Shown here: positions 10,715 through 20,576 of the stretch, one piece after another
How positions within the stretch are numbered: position 1 is the first letter of the stretch
Layout of the letters: every line of letters starts with the position of its first letter
Origin: Spirochaetia bacterium
GTDB lineage: Bacteria > Spirochaetota > Spirochaetia > SZUA-6 > Bin103
Length of the DNA stretch: 64,000 bases
Direction of reading: 5' to 3'
NCBI GenBank assembly: GCA_965199955.1
Contig: CBDATQ010000002.1
Coordinates: 768,001-832,000, forward strand
Position numbers and translations under genes: made by a program
Notes under the pieces: model-generated
Seen by the model: the letters and a program-made list of their open reading frames with translations, nothing else
What the model was told of the DNA's origin: nothing
Database searches by the model: none

Positions 10715-11307
10715 GTGAATACGCGGCTGCCGACGATGCGGACAGCTTCGCCGTACCTCGGCAGGTCCTTTCGCTGCTCGGCGGGTTCGGCAAGCCGTGG
10801 TGGGTGGCTGGCGGCTGGGCCGTGGACCTGTTCATCGGCCGCCCCACCCGCCCCCACAAGGACATCGAGATCGCCCTGTTCCGTCACGACCAGTCGGCCC
10901 TGCAGGAGCACCTTGCGGGATGGAACCTGCGCAAGGTGGCGGACCATCGGCGGGTCCCTTGGCTCCGGGGCGACCGGCTGACGTTGCCCGTGCACGAGAT
11001 CCACGGCCGCGGGCCCGAGGGGCAGGGGCTCGAGATCCTGCTCAACGAGTACGACCGCGGGCGCTGGGTGTTCCGGCGCGACCCAGCCATCACGCGGCCC
11101 GCGACGCTGATCTCCGCCCGCTCGGCGGACGGGGTGCCGTTCATGAGGCCGGAGATCGTCCTGCTGTACAAGAGCAGGGACGCGGGCCCGAACGACCACG
11201 CCGACTTCGAGCGGGCGGCGCCGCTGCTCGATCTGGACAGTCGCGCTTGGCTTGGTGCGGCTCTCCGGCGTCACGTTCCCGGCCATCGCTGGCTATGTGA
11301 CCGGTGA
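10711..11307 (+). CDS. aminoglycoside-2''-adenylyltransferase-like nucleotidyltransferase
   Basis: WWVAGGWAVDLF..TRPHKDIEI, PEIVLLYK and DHADF motifs; GTGA overlap with the upstream gene. Confidence 0.8.
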   Translation: MSEYAAADDADSFAVPRQVLSLLGGFGKPWWVAGGWAVDLFIGRPTRPHKDIEIALFRHDQSALQEHLAGWNLRKVADHRRVPWLRGDRLTLPVHEIHGRGPEGQGLEILLNEYDRGRWVFRRDPAITRPATLISARSADGVPFMRPEIVLLYKSRDAGPNDHADFERAAPLLDLDSRAWLGAALRRHVPGHRWLCDR

Positions 11308-11439
11308 ACAGTCGCCTCTGTACCTTTCCCGCCGGCTAACCGAACAAACGATGTCCTGCTGGCAGCTTTCCTACATCACCATCGCTGGAGTGGGGTAGAG
11401 CCGTCCGCTTGCGCATGGCTTCGGCGCCGGGAACAGCCA

Positions 11440-12660
11440 GGCGAACTGGCAGATGATAGAAGGTGAGAGTCCTCTGGAGAGAAGGAGTAGCCGCTCCGAA
11501 CCACCGCGAGCCGTGCGCAGGCGCCTGCGAGGGTGTCGGTGAAGCGTCGGTAGCGGTGCGTGCGGGCAGGGATCGAGCGTCGAAAAGGAGAGCATCTGGA
11601 GTGCCGAGACGCTTCGGCGGGTCGAAGGCAACACCGACTGAAGCCGAGAACAACGCGGCGCGAGCCGCAGCGGAGCCGGAGGAGCGAAGGCCCGTGACCA
11701 ACGGGAATCCGCGGAGCCAAAGCACGGGACGGACGCAGAGCCGAGCCACCGTGTGCCAGGCGGCCGAGCGAATACGGCAAGGAGCAAGGAGGAACCCAAA
11801 GGAGAAACTGACCGCGTTGCTGCACCACCTCACGCCGCAGGCGCTGCAGTGGGCGTTCTACGCGCTGAAGCGCGAATCGGCGCCCGGCATCGACGGGCAG
11901 AGGTGGAGCGAGTACCGGGAGGGGCTGGACAGCGGCTGATGGACCTGCACCGCCGGGTGCACGAAGGGACGTACCGAGCGACGCCGGTGCGGAGGGTGAA
12001 CATCCCGAAGCCTGACGGCGGCACGCGACTGCTCGGGGTGGCGGCGCTGGAGGACAAGATCGTCCAGCGGGCCATGATGGAGGTGATCCTGAGGCCGATC
12101 TACGAGGAGGAATTCGAGGGATTCAGCTATGGGTTTCGGCCCGGGCGAGGGGCGCACGACGCCCTGGACGCCGTGGCGTACGCCATCGAACGGCGCAAGG
12201 TCAACTGGATCGTGGACGCCGACATTCGCAAGTTCTTCGACACGCTGGACTGGGGCTGGCTGATGCGGTTCCTGGAGCATCGGATCGGGGACCGACGGGT
12301 GTTGGGGCTGATCGGCAAGTGGCTTGTTGCCGGAGTGATGGAGGAAGGCCGGCAGGTCGACACGGGCAAGGGGACGACGCAAGGGTCGGTGATCTCGCCG
12401 ATGCTTGCGAAGATCTACCTGCACTACGTGTTGGACCTGTGGGTGGCGAGGAAGTGGCGACCGCAGGAGGCTCGCGGCGAGATGTACATCGTGCGCTACG
12501 CCGATGACTACGTGGGCGGGGTTTGAGTTGCGCGGCGACGCGCAGCGATTCCTGGGGGCGTTGAAGGAGAGGTTCAGCCGGTTCGGACTGGAGCTGCATC
12601 CTGAGAAGACGCGACTGATCGAGAGGGACCGCCGGGCACGTGGGGAGCGGCTCAGAGACA
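11440..12660 (+). mobile_element. truncated group II intron (bacterial class E/F-like), 5' ribozyme part plus RT
   Basis: Sequence resembling intron domain I (gcgaactggcagatgatagaaggtgagagtcc..gagccgtgcg..gaagcgtcggtag..gaaggcaacac), followed by an RT ORF. No domain V/VI recognised downstream. Confidence 0.8.
11753..12660 (+). pseudogene. ltrA: group II intron reverse transcriptase/maturase, frameshifted and 3'-truncated
   Basis: KEKLTALLHH, APGIDG, IPKPDGGTR, EDKIVQ, SYGFRPGR, DADIRKFFD, QGSVISP, RYADD, LHPEKTRLIE. Frameshifts near 11930 and 12515; domain X lost. Confidence 0.9.
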
Positions 12661-13603
12661 TCTGCGGCCATGCAGGCGCTGGCGCTCTGGGACGTCGGGC
12701 TCAAGCGCTGGAACGAGAGGCGGGCCGGCAGGAAGACGCCGGAGAAGCGTCCCGGCGTCACGGTCAACCGGCGCGATCTGGTCTCGATCCCGGTCCCCGA
12801 GGCCAACCTGCTGTGGCGCAACCTGCGGGTGCGCGACGTGCGCACTGTGGACGGTCGGCCGCGCACCAGCAACATCCGCATCGACATCGTCGTCGAGGGA
12901 GTGACCGATGACCGGGCGTGGACCTGCGGCCTGGAGTTCGACTACGCCAACGAGGAGTCGTTCTACTGCTGGCCGCTGCGGGTCGAAGGCGGGTTGCAGG
13001 AGCGCATGGCGGTGCCGGACGAGGCGGCGAAGGTCCGCATCGCCTTCCTGCCGCCGATGTCGGGGCTTGCCGCCACCGAAGCCCGGTTGGACGCGGGCTC
13101 CGTGAACGTCCGCATCGGCGAGGGGCGGACCGCCGAGGTGCTGCGCAACCTCTGCTACACCGTCCACCAGGAGCGCGAGGACCGCTGGGAATAGCTCGTC
13201 GCCTGGATTCGCCGGCTGTTCGGGGCCGAGCTCCAGCCTCCCCGAGCGGGGCGAGATCACGATGAGCTACCGCGAGGGCGGCACGGCGCTCGATCTGTCC
13301 TCGGCCGGCCGGGGCCTGCAGCAGACGCTGCTCCTGTTGGCCTGCCTGTACGCCAATCCGGGCTCGCTGCTGTTGCTGGACGAGCCGGACGCCCACCTGG
13401 AGATCCTTCGCCAGCGCCAGACCTACCACCTTCTTTCGGAGGTCGCGCGCGAGGCCGGCTGCCAGGTGGTAGCCGCCAGCCATTCGGAGGTTCTCCTCCA
13501 CGAGGCGGCGGGCCGGGACACGGTGGTCGCCTTCGTGGGCGCGCCGCACCGCATCGACCAGCGCGGCAGCCAGCCGCTGCAGGCGCTCACCGAGCGCGGG
13601 TAG
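12660..13603 (+). pseudogene. AAA_21/ABC-type ATPase, N-terminally truncated and disrupted
   Basis: LSSAGRGLQQ signature, LLLLDEPDAHL Walker B/D-loop, ASHS H-loop. Walker A missing at the junction with the RT; stop at 13192-13194; frameshift near 13240. Confidence 0.8.
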
Positions 13604-13715
13604 CGGCCGGCGCGAGCCCCGCGCTCGAATCCTGACCCGCGTTGGCGGGTGCACGCCGGGGGCGACGGCCGTCGCCTTGGTGGACGCTCTCGGCCCGAAC
13701 GCGCAGGATGCCGCC

Positions 13716-14507
13716 ATGGGTGTTCTTGACACGTTCTCGTTGCGCGGCAAGACGGCGGTGGTGACCGCCGGGGCGGGGCCGCTGTTCGGCAGCAGCATCT
13801 CGGAGGCGCTGGCGGAGGCCGGCGCGCGCGTGATCACCGCGTCGCGGTCGCTGGAGCGTAACCGTGAGTACGCGGCGGCGCTGGCCGCGCAGACCGGCGC
13901 GGAGGTGCACGGCATGGAGCTGGACATCGGCGACGCCGATGCGATCGGACGCTTCCACGCCGAAATGATCGACCGCTTCGGGAACGTCGAGGTGCTGGTC
14001 AACAGCGCGCTGGTGCGCGATGCGACAGCCGGCAGCTTCGAGACGCAGACCATCGACGCATGGCAGCGTTCGGCGGCCGGCGACATGGTCGGGCTCTACG
14101 CCATCTGCAAGGCCTTCGTCGGCTCGATGGTCGCCGCCGGCGGCGGCAGCATCATCAACATCTCCAGCATCTACGGCGTGGTCGGCAACGATCCGTCCCT
14201 GTACGAGGACACGGAGATGGTGCAGCCCCCGAACTACAACTTCATCAAGGCCGGCATGATCAACTTCACCCGCTACGTCGCCAACTACTACGGCAAGCAG
14301 GGCGTGCGCGCGAACTGCATCTCGCCCGGCGGCTATTACACCGGGCAGGCCGGCCCCTTCGTGGAGCGCTACAACAAGCGGGTGCCGATGGGCCGCATGA
14401 TGGACAACGAGGACCTCAAGGGCGCGGTCGTGTTCCTGGCCTCGGACGCGTCCGCGTACGTGACCGGCCACAATCTGCTGGTGGACGGCGGCTTCACGAC
14501 GATCTGA
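13716..14507 (+). CDS. SDR family oxidoreductase
   Basis: VVTAGAGPLFG, NISSIYG, YNFIK, NCISPGG, VDGGFT. Confidence 0.92.
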   Translation: MGVLDTFSLRGKTAVVTAGAGPLFGSSISEALAEAGARVITASRSLERNREYAAALAAQTGAEVHGMELDIGDADAIGRFHAEMIDRFGNVEVLVNSALVRDATAGSFETQTIDAWQRSAAGDMVGLYAICKAFVGSMVAAGGGSIINISSIYGVVGNDPSLYEDTEMVQPPNYNFIKAGMINFTRYVANYYGKQGVRANCISPGGYYTGQAGPFVERYNKRVPMGRMMDNEDLKGAVVFLASDASAYVTGHNLLVDGGFTTI

Positions 14508-14556
14508 CGCCCAGGAGTCCGCCGTCCGACGCCGGCATCCGCTTCGTACCCCCGCG

Positions 14557-15040
14557 GTGAGCGCCTCTGGCCCGCACGGCGCCGTGTCCATCGTCGCGCC
14601 CACCCTGTGGCGGCCAACATTCCGATCCTGGCCGGGCGCATCGACGACGCCTGTCAGCGACTGGCGTGCGGTGGGAGTTGCTGCTGGTCGACGACGACTC
14701 CGGCGACGGCAGCGAAGAGATCGTCGCCGATCTGGCGCGGCGCAACGCGCCGCGCGACCTGTCCCTGGCCGTCCTGCACGGCATCCGCCTGGCGCGCTTC
14801 CTGTCATTCTGGCCGGCGGTGACCTGGAGCTGGCGTCTCAACCGCAGCCTGACCTTCGCGGAGCGCCCGCGCCAGCCGCGCGTACGGCAGTGGACGAAGT
14901 TTCGTGGCCTCAAGATTGGTCGGCCTCGGGGTCAACGTCGGCAGTTACACGGCGCTGACCAGCTTCGTGGCTCCGTTCGACCGGCACCGCCTGCTGGCGC
15001 TGGTGTGCGGCGTTGCGTTCGGCGGCGTCGCCAAACGTTC
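14557..15040 (+). pseudogene. GT2 (polyprenol-phosphate mannosyltransferase-like)-GtrA fusion remnant with internal deletions
   Basis: VSIVAPT, ELLLVDDDSGDGS and RDLSLAVLHG run directly into the GtrA-like LSFWPAVTWSWRLNRSLTF...; DxD core missing; several frameshifts. Confidence 0.7.
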
Positions 15041-15190
15041 GACGCCTCCTGGGAGTCGCTCCGCCGCGCGCTGGAGCTGGACCCGCGCCACAAGAGCGCC
15101 CTGCAGAACACCGCCGAGTTGTACCGCAAGCAGGGGCGCTACGAGGAGGCGATCGAGGCATACCGGACGGTGCTCGCGCGCGACCGCCGG
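15036..15190 (+). pseudogene. TPR-repeat fragment
   Basis: ESLRRALELDPRHKSALQNTAELYRKQGRYEEAIEAYRTVLARD matches the TPR consensus; no start codon of its own. Confidence 0.65.
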
Positions 15191-15292
15191 TGGAGACCGC
15201 CCAGGCCGGCGTGCGCGCGCTTGCCCCGCTCTCCGGGGCAGCAGATGCGAGCGCCGGGAACTGAACACCGCCGGTATCCCGGATTCGAGTTG

Positions 15293-15661
15293 TCACCCGA
15301 ACCAGATGCCCAGGTACTTGGTGAACCAGAACAGGCCGATGTAGGTGCCGACAGCGGCCACGGCCAGGACGGCGAGCAGCCGCCACGACCGGCGGGCGCT
15401 CGCCAGCGTGCACATGTGCCGCCTCCGCAGGTACAGGACCACCGCGGTGGCCGCGACGGCCAGGCCGAAGGCGCGGAACAGCCACGCGTAGCCGTAGTAG
15501 AGGGTGTCGCCCAGAGTGACCGCCTCCGCGGCGGTGGCGATGCCGAGCAGCACCAGCACCACCGGCGACACACAGCACATGATGCCGGCCAGCCCGGACA
15601 GCAGGCCGAACTTGATGCCCGTACGGATCTCGCCGCCGTGTCCGGCGCCCCCGGCGTTCAT
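15293..15661 (-). CDS. small three-TM membrane protein with CC motif (MerT/MerF-like)
   Basis: GIMCCVSPVVLVLLG in TM1, a loop Cys (RRRHMCT), three hydrophobic segments. Confidence 0.6.
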   Translation of the reverse strand: MNAGGAGHGGEIRTGIKFGLLSGLAGIMCCVSPVVLVLLGIATAAEAVTLGDTLYYGYAWLFRAFGLAVAATAVVLYLRRRHMCTLASARRSWRLLAVLAVAAVGTYIGLFWFTKYLGIWFG

Positions 15662-15669
15662 CGTTCCGT

Positions 15670-16476
15670 TCAGGCCGAGCGGACCTCGGCGATCACCGGG
15701 GCGTGGTCGCTGGCGATCATGCCGTCCTTCTTCTTGCGGTAGTCGCGGTCGATCGTGACCGCCGTGGTCCGCTCCGCGAGCGGCGGCGTGGCCAGCAGGA
15801 AGTCGATGCGCAGGCCCAGGTTCCTGTGGAAGTTGCCGGCGCGGTAGTCCCACCACGAGAACTGCTGCAGCTCGGGGTTGAGGGCGCGGAACAGGTCCAC
15901 CGTGCCCAAGCCGAGCAGCGTCCGGAAACGGCCGCGCTCCTCCTCGGTGTGGAAGATCTTCTCCCGCCACGCCTCCTCGTCCCAGGTGTCCAGGGCGGCC
16001 GGGCAGAGGTTGAAGTCGCCGCCGACCACCAGCGGCCGATCCGGGCGCACCTCGCGCTCCGCGTAGCTCACCAGGCCGTCCAGGAAGGCCAGCTTGTGGC
16101 CGAATTCCGGGTGCTCGACGGTGCGCCCGTTGGGGACGTACACCGACACGCAGTCGAGCGGGCCGAGCCCGTCGACTTCGGCCCGCACGCCGATCAGCCG
16201 CGCCCCCTGCTCCTCCAGGCCCGGCAGGCCGCGGCAGGTGACCTCCGCGGCCCGTACCGTCTCCTCCCGCGCCAGCACCGCCACGCCGTTCCAGCTCTTC
16301 TGGCCGTGCACCAGCGCCCGGTACCCGGCCTCGCGCATCTCGTCGTACGGGAAGCGGTCGTCCGGGAGCTTCAGCTCCTGCAGCAGCGCCAGGTCCGGGG
16401 CGCGCGCGGCCAGCCAGTGCCGGACGAAGCCAAGCCGCGCCTGCATGCCGTTGATGTTCCAGGTGGCAATGATCAT
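15670..16476 (-). CDS. xth: exodeoxyribonuclease III
   Basis: IATWNING, LQELK, GQKSWNGVA, YVPNG, GGDFN, SWWDYR, GLRIDF, SDHAPV. Confidence 0.95.
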   Translation of the reverse strand: MIIATWNINGMQARLGFVRHWLAARAPDLALLQELKLPDDRFPYDEMREAGYRALVHGQKSWNGVAVLAREETVRAAEVTCRGLPGLEEQGARLIGVRAEVDGLGPLDCVSVYVPNGRTVEHPEFGHKLAFLDGLVSYAEREVRPDRPLVVGGDFNLCPAALDTWDEEAWREKIFHTEEERGRFRTLLGLGTVDLFRALNPELQQFSWWDYRAGNFHRNLGLRIDFLLATPPLAERTTAVTIDRDYRKKKDGMIASDHAPVIAEVRSA

Positions 16477-17348
16477 CGCGCGTCGTCCGTCCGCCAGCCG
16501 GCTTCGGCCAGCGCGGCGAGCCCGTAGTCGAACTCGCCTCTGATGTGCGGGATGTCCGGCATCCGGTACTCGAAGTCGAGCGACACCGTGCCCCGGTAGC
16601 CGGCCCGCTGCAGCGCCTCCCGGAACGCGGCGAAGTCGGCGGTGCCGCGGCCCGGCGTCAGCTCAAGGTCCTGGCGGAAGTCGCGCGTGTCGCTGCCGGC
16701 CGCGTCGCGCAGGTGCACGTGGCGCAGGCAGTCGCCCAGGAAGCCGAACAGGTCGTCCGGGTCGTAGCCGATCACTCCCCAGTGGCTGGTGTCGACGGTG
16801 GCGGCCACGGCGGGGTGGTCGACCTCCTCGAACATCGCCTTGACGTGCTCGACCGAGTCGGTGATCTGAAACAGGTGCGGCACCTCCAGGTGGATGTGGA
16901 TCCCCAGGTCGGAAGCGATCCTCGCCTGTTCCCTGAACGCCCGCGCCGCCCCCTTCAGGTGGCGCAGCCACTCGCGTTCGTCGAGCTGCCGGCGGGCCGT
17001 GCTCATCGTCACCGTGCGCACGCCCAGGCGGGAGGCCAGCTCCAGGTACCAGCGGCCGCGCGCGACCGCGTCGCGCGCGTCGGCGGAGTCGGTGTAGTCG
17101 AAGAAGCGGCCCCGTCCGTCGGGCTCCCACCGCCCGAGCGAGATGTTGCAGGCGATCGGCCGCACGCCGTTGCGGTCGAGCGCGTCGGCCACCGCCTCGG
17201 CCGTGGTGTCGGGGTGGGGGAGGTGCACGCAGAAGCTGCCCATGTGGCTGATCTCGACCTCGCTGAATCCCGCGTCGGCCAACTGGGCGAGCGCAGTTTC
17301 CAGCCCGTACGTGGAGAAGCCGAGGGTGGTGGCGGCGTGGATCTTCAT
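16473..17348 (-). CDS. sugar phosphate isomerase/epimerase (AP endonuclease 2 TIM barrel)
   Basis: LEVPH, DTSH, HVHLRD, PGRGTADF, GYRGTVSLDFE. Confidence 0.85.
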   Translation of the reverse strand: MKIHAATTLGFSTYGLETALAQLADAGFSEVEISHMGSFCVHLPHPDTTAEAVADALDRNGVRPIACNISLGRWEPDGRGRFFDYTDSADARDAVARGRWYLELASRLGVRTVTMSTARRQLDEREWLRHLKGAARAFREQARIASDLGIHIHLEVPHLFQITDSVEHVKAMFEEVDHPAVAATVDTSHWGVIGYDPDDLFGFLGDCLRHVHLRDAAGSDTRDFRQDLELTPGRGTADFAAFREALQRAGYRGTVSLDFEYRMPDIPHIRGEFDYGLAALAEAGWRTDDAR

Positions 17349-17379
17349 CGTCGGCCATAATGATGCGAATGGAGGACCG

Positions 17380-18129
17380 ATGCTAACCCTGTTTGCCGAG
17401 CTCACCCGTGAGGAGGCGCGCGAACGCGCCGCCGATTCGCTGGCGGTCGTGCCGACCGCGTCGATCGAACAACACGGCCCGCACCTGGCCGTCGTCACCG
17501 ACACGCTGCTGGTGACCACGGTCGCCCGCCGCAGCGCCGAGGCGACCGACGCCTCCGTGGTGGTCACGCCCACCGTCTGCTACGGGAACTCGCACCACCA
17601 CCGCCCCCATCCCGGCGTGCTGTCGCTGCAGTCCGACGTGTTCCTGGCCACCACCCGCGACGTGATCGAGGGGCTGAGCCTGTCCGGCTACCGGCGGATC
17701 CTGCTGCTGAACGGACATGGCGGCAACACGGCCGCCAACCAGGTCGCCGCGCAGGATGCGGTCAACCGCTACGGGCTGCCGGGCAAGGTGCACGCGGCCC
17801 CCTACTGGGACGTGGCGCGCGCGGCCCTGGTGGCCGGCGGCCTGGAGAACGAGCGGCTCCCCGGCCACGCCGGCCACTTCGAGACCGCCATGGTGATGGC
17901 GATCCGGCCGGAGCTGGTGCGTCAGGACGTGCTGGACGACCTGCCCGTCGTGGATCGCGAGAAGATCGGCCTGCCGGCCGGCAAGCCGGGCACCGCCACG
18001 CAGCAGAACCGCGATTGGGGGATCGGCCCCGGCTACACCGACGACCCGGCGTCCGCCACGCCCGAGGCGGGCGGGCGTTACCTCAAGACCATCATCGAAG
18101 AGGTGAGCAAGCTGTACGCCAGCCTCTGA
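17380..18129 (+). CDS. creatininase family protein
   Basis: EQHGPHL..TD, GNSHHH, LNGHGGN, GHAGHFET; GGAGG SD. Confidence 0.92.
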   Translation: MLTLFAELTREEARERAADSLAVVPTASIEQHGPHLAVVTDTLLVTTVARRSAEATDASVVVTPTVCYGNSHHHRPHPGVLSLQSDVFLATTRDVIEGLSLSGYRRILLLNGHGGNTAANQVAAQDAVNRYGLPGKVHAAPYWDVARAALVAGGLENERLPGHAGHFETAMVMAIRPELVRQDVLDDLPVVDREKIGLPAGKPGTATQQNRDWGIGPGYTDDPASATPEAGGRYLKTIIEEVSKLYASL

Positions 18130-18162
18130 GGCCGGGGGCGCGAGGCGGGCGGAATCCCGGCA

Positions 18163-19203
18163 CTACGAGCCGGTTTTCGAGCCTTCCTTTCCGGACGTGC
18201 TCTCCGGACGCTTGAACAGCCCGTCCAGCGTGTCCTTGATCGAGTCGATCCCGCCCCAGACGGTCTCCTTGGCCTTCTCGAACCCGTCCTGATAGCTGCC
18301 GGCCGCTTCCTTGAAGTCGGCGGCCGCGTCGTCCGGCTCCTGGCCGCGGCGCACGTAGTCGCCGTCCAGGACCGCTTGGTAGGAGCCGGCGGCCACCCAG
18401 GTCTTGAGTTCGGCCAGGCGCAGCACGGCGAACGGATGGCGCTGGCCGAGCAGGTTGAGCACCTTGTAGACCTGATCCAGGAAGCCGGAGTCCTTGCGGT
18501 ACTCCTCCGCCTGCTCGAAGAACGCGCCGATGTTGAGCTGGCTGGTGTCGCCGCCGCCGGCCAGCTTCATCAGGAGGTCGTAGCTGCCGCCGGTCTCCTG
18601 GCAGACCAGCAGTCCCGCCCGGTCGGCGCTCAGCTCGCTCTTGCGGTCCCACTCCAGCAGCGCCAGCAGGATCGGCAGCACGATGAGCTGGCCGACGCGC
18701 ACGTAGGACAGCGACACCTGCAGCAGCATGGCCAGGAGCGTCTTGTACAGGGCATGTCCGCTCAGGCAGTGACCGAGCTCGTGGCCGATCACGGCGATCA
18801 GCTCGTCATCGCCCATGGTGTGCACGATGGAGCTGGTCAGCGTGATGAAGGGCTTGTCCACGCCGATGATGGTGCCGTTCAGGATCGGATGCTGGACGAT
18901 GTACAGCTCCGGCGTGTGCTCGGCGTCCAGGCAGGCGCTCGCCTCCCGCAGCAGCACGTTGATGCGCGGGAACTGGCGGTCGTCGACACGCACGGCCGAG
19001 GCGAGGTGCAAAAGGCGCAGCGACCGCTCGGTGGTCGAGCCGATGAACTTGCGCAGCAGCTCGTCGAATCCCGGGATCTTCTTCAGGGCGTTGAGCGCGG
19101 CGCGGTCCGCCGGATGCTCCCAAGTGCGCGAGCTGATCTCGGGAAACGAGCGCTTCCCGGCGCGTCCACGCATCACGACTTCGCTGCTGCCCTGCTCGGC
19201 CAT
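18163..19203 (-). CDS. M48 family zinc metallopeptidase
   Basis: WEHPADRAAL, GHELGH (HExxH), ELSADRAG, HPFAVLR. Confidence 0.9.
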   Translation of the reverse strand: MAEQGSSEVVMRGRAGKRSFPEISSRTWEHPADRAALNALKKIPGFDELLRKFIGSTTERSLRLLHLASAVRVDDRQFPRINVLLREASACLDAEHTPELYIVQHPILNGTIIGVDKPFITLTSSIVHTMGDDELIAVIGHELGHCLSGHALYKTLLAMLLQVSLSYVRVGQLIVLPILLALLEWDRKSELSADRAGLLVCQETGGSYDLLMKLAGGGDTSQLNIGAFFEQAEEYRKDSGFLDQVYKVLNLLGQRHPFAVLRLAELKTWVAAGSYQAVLDGDYVRRGQEPDDAAADFKEAAGSYQDGFEKAKETVWGGIDSIKDTLDGLFKRPESTSGKEGSKTGS

Positions 19204-19302
19204 GGCCCCCCCCTCCCGCGCCCGGCCGGCACGGGTACGGGGAAAGGTACGCCGGGGCAGGGGAGGGGGCAAGGTTGCCGGAGTACCGGTACACTGCCGC
19301 GG

Positions 19303-20064
19303 ATGGCGACCGACACATCCGCCGGAGGGCTCACCGGCGCTCGCAACCGCTACGGGGACTTCATCATCGACGCCGGCAGCCTGCCGGAGACCGCCTCCGA
19401 GTTCTCCGAGCAGCTCGGCCGGGCACTGCCGGGCTGGCGGTCCGGCCACAAGGTGCTGTGGCTGGAAGTGCCGCTGTATGCCACCGCGCTGATCCCGGTC
19501 GCGGTGGCGGCCGGCTTCACCTTCCACCACGCGCGGCCGGAGGCGCTCACGCTCACGCTGGCGCCGACGCCGGACAGCTTCGTCTACCCGAATCCATCAC
19601 ATTACGTGGGCGCGGGCGGGGTGGTGGTCGACGACCGCCGCCGCGTGCTGGTGGTATCGGAGCGCTTCCGCGGCAACATGAGCCGGCCCTACTACAAGCT
19701 CCCCGGCGGGCTGCTGCACCACCGCGAGGATCTGGCAGACGCGGTGACGCGCGAGGTGCTCGAAGAGACCGGCGTGCGCACGCGCTTCCTGTCGATCAAC
19801 TCGATCAGGCACCGCCACACCGGGGCGTTCGATCACTCCGACCTGTACATCGTCTGCCGGCTGGCGCCGCTCAGTCGGGAGATCGTCATCCAGGCCAGCG
19901 AGATCGAGGAGTGCTTCTGGATGCCGGTCGACGACTATCTCACGTCGGAGGACGTGCATGACTTCAACCGCCGCATCGTCCGAGACGCGCTCGCCAATCC
20001 CGGCCTGCCGTACTCCTCCATCGTGCCGGACGCCGAGGTCTTCATGGCGGACGGGGCCGGCTGA
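19303..20064 (+). CDS. Nudix hydrolase (NUDT6/plant NUDT-like, with N-terminal extension domain)
   Basis: WLEVP...GFTFHHA N-domain, HYVGAGGVV, Nudix box LPGGLLHHREDLADAVTREVLEETGV. Confidence 0.88.
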   Translation: MATDTSAGGLTGARNRYGDFIIDAGSLPETASEFSEQLGRALPGWRSGHKVLWLEVPLYATALIPVAVAAGFTFHHARPEALTLTLAPTPDSFVYPNPSHYVGAGGVVVDDRRRVLVVSERFRGNMSRPYYKLPGGLLHHREDLADAVTREVLEETGVRTRFLSINSIRHRHTGAFDHSDLYIVCRLAPLSREIVIQASEIEECFWMPVDDYLTSEDVHDFNRRIVRDALANPGLPYSSIVPDAEVFMADGAG

Positions 20065-20083
20065 GCACGACGGACGCTGCCTG

Positions 20084-20576
20084 CTACCTCTTCACCGAAC
20101 CGATCATCGCTCCCTTGACGAAGTACTTCTGCAGGAACGGATAGAGCAGCAGGATCGGGGCGGTCGCCACCATCGTCGTGGCGAACTTGAGGGTGTCGGC
20201 GATCCGCTCGTGATCGCCCATGGAGCCGGCATCGCCGCCGTCGATCTTCGCGGACTCCTCCAGGCAGGTCGCTGGCGATCCGGTAGGCTCGGTAGTACTC
20301 GTCGTGGGACACCGGCCGCGACTCGTAGAGCATGCCGCCGAGCGTGCCGTGGTTGGAGACGATGTAGTTGAGCTGGGCGACGTCGCTCATGATGGTGTCG
20401 AGGTAGGACTTCATCTGCTGCAGGAGCAGCTCGTTGGCGCGGCTCGCCTCCTGGGTAAGGATCGAGCGGGCGCGGTTGAAGACCAAGGAGCTGAAGGCGA
20501 CCCGGACCATCAGGAACGAGAGCAGGTAGGTGTAGAACAACCGGCCCTTGTGGCGTGAGCCCCGCAACCCTTGCAT
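20084..20576 (-). pseudogene. fused remnants: membrane-anchored regulator/sensor N-terminus joined to carbohydrate ABC permease C-terminus
   Basis: RLFYTYLLSFL..NELLLQQMKSYLD.. joined near 20264 to LEESAKIDG and ..[21 protein letters not shown]. Confidence 0.7.

Noticed and set aside
10711..11307. Calling this a bona fide aminoglycoside resistance gene
   Set aside because: Only family-level motifs are visible, there is no integron or mobile context, and the substrate is unknown.
11753..12660. RT as retron, DGR or Abi/defence RT
   Set aside because: The N-terminal motifs and upstream RNA are group II intron-like; no TR/VR repeats or msr-msd seen; the gene is broken.
13600..13680. TCGAATCC (tRNA T-loop-like) with nearby hairpins
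   Set aside because: No GGTTC stem context and no cloverleaf.
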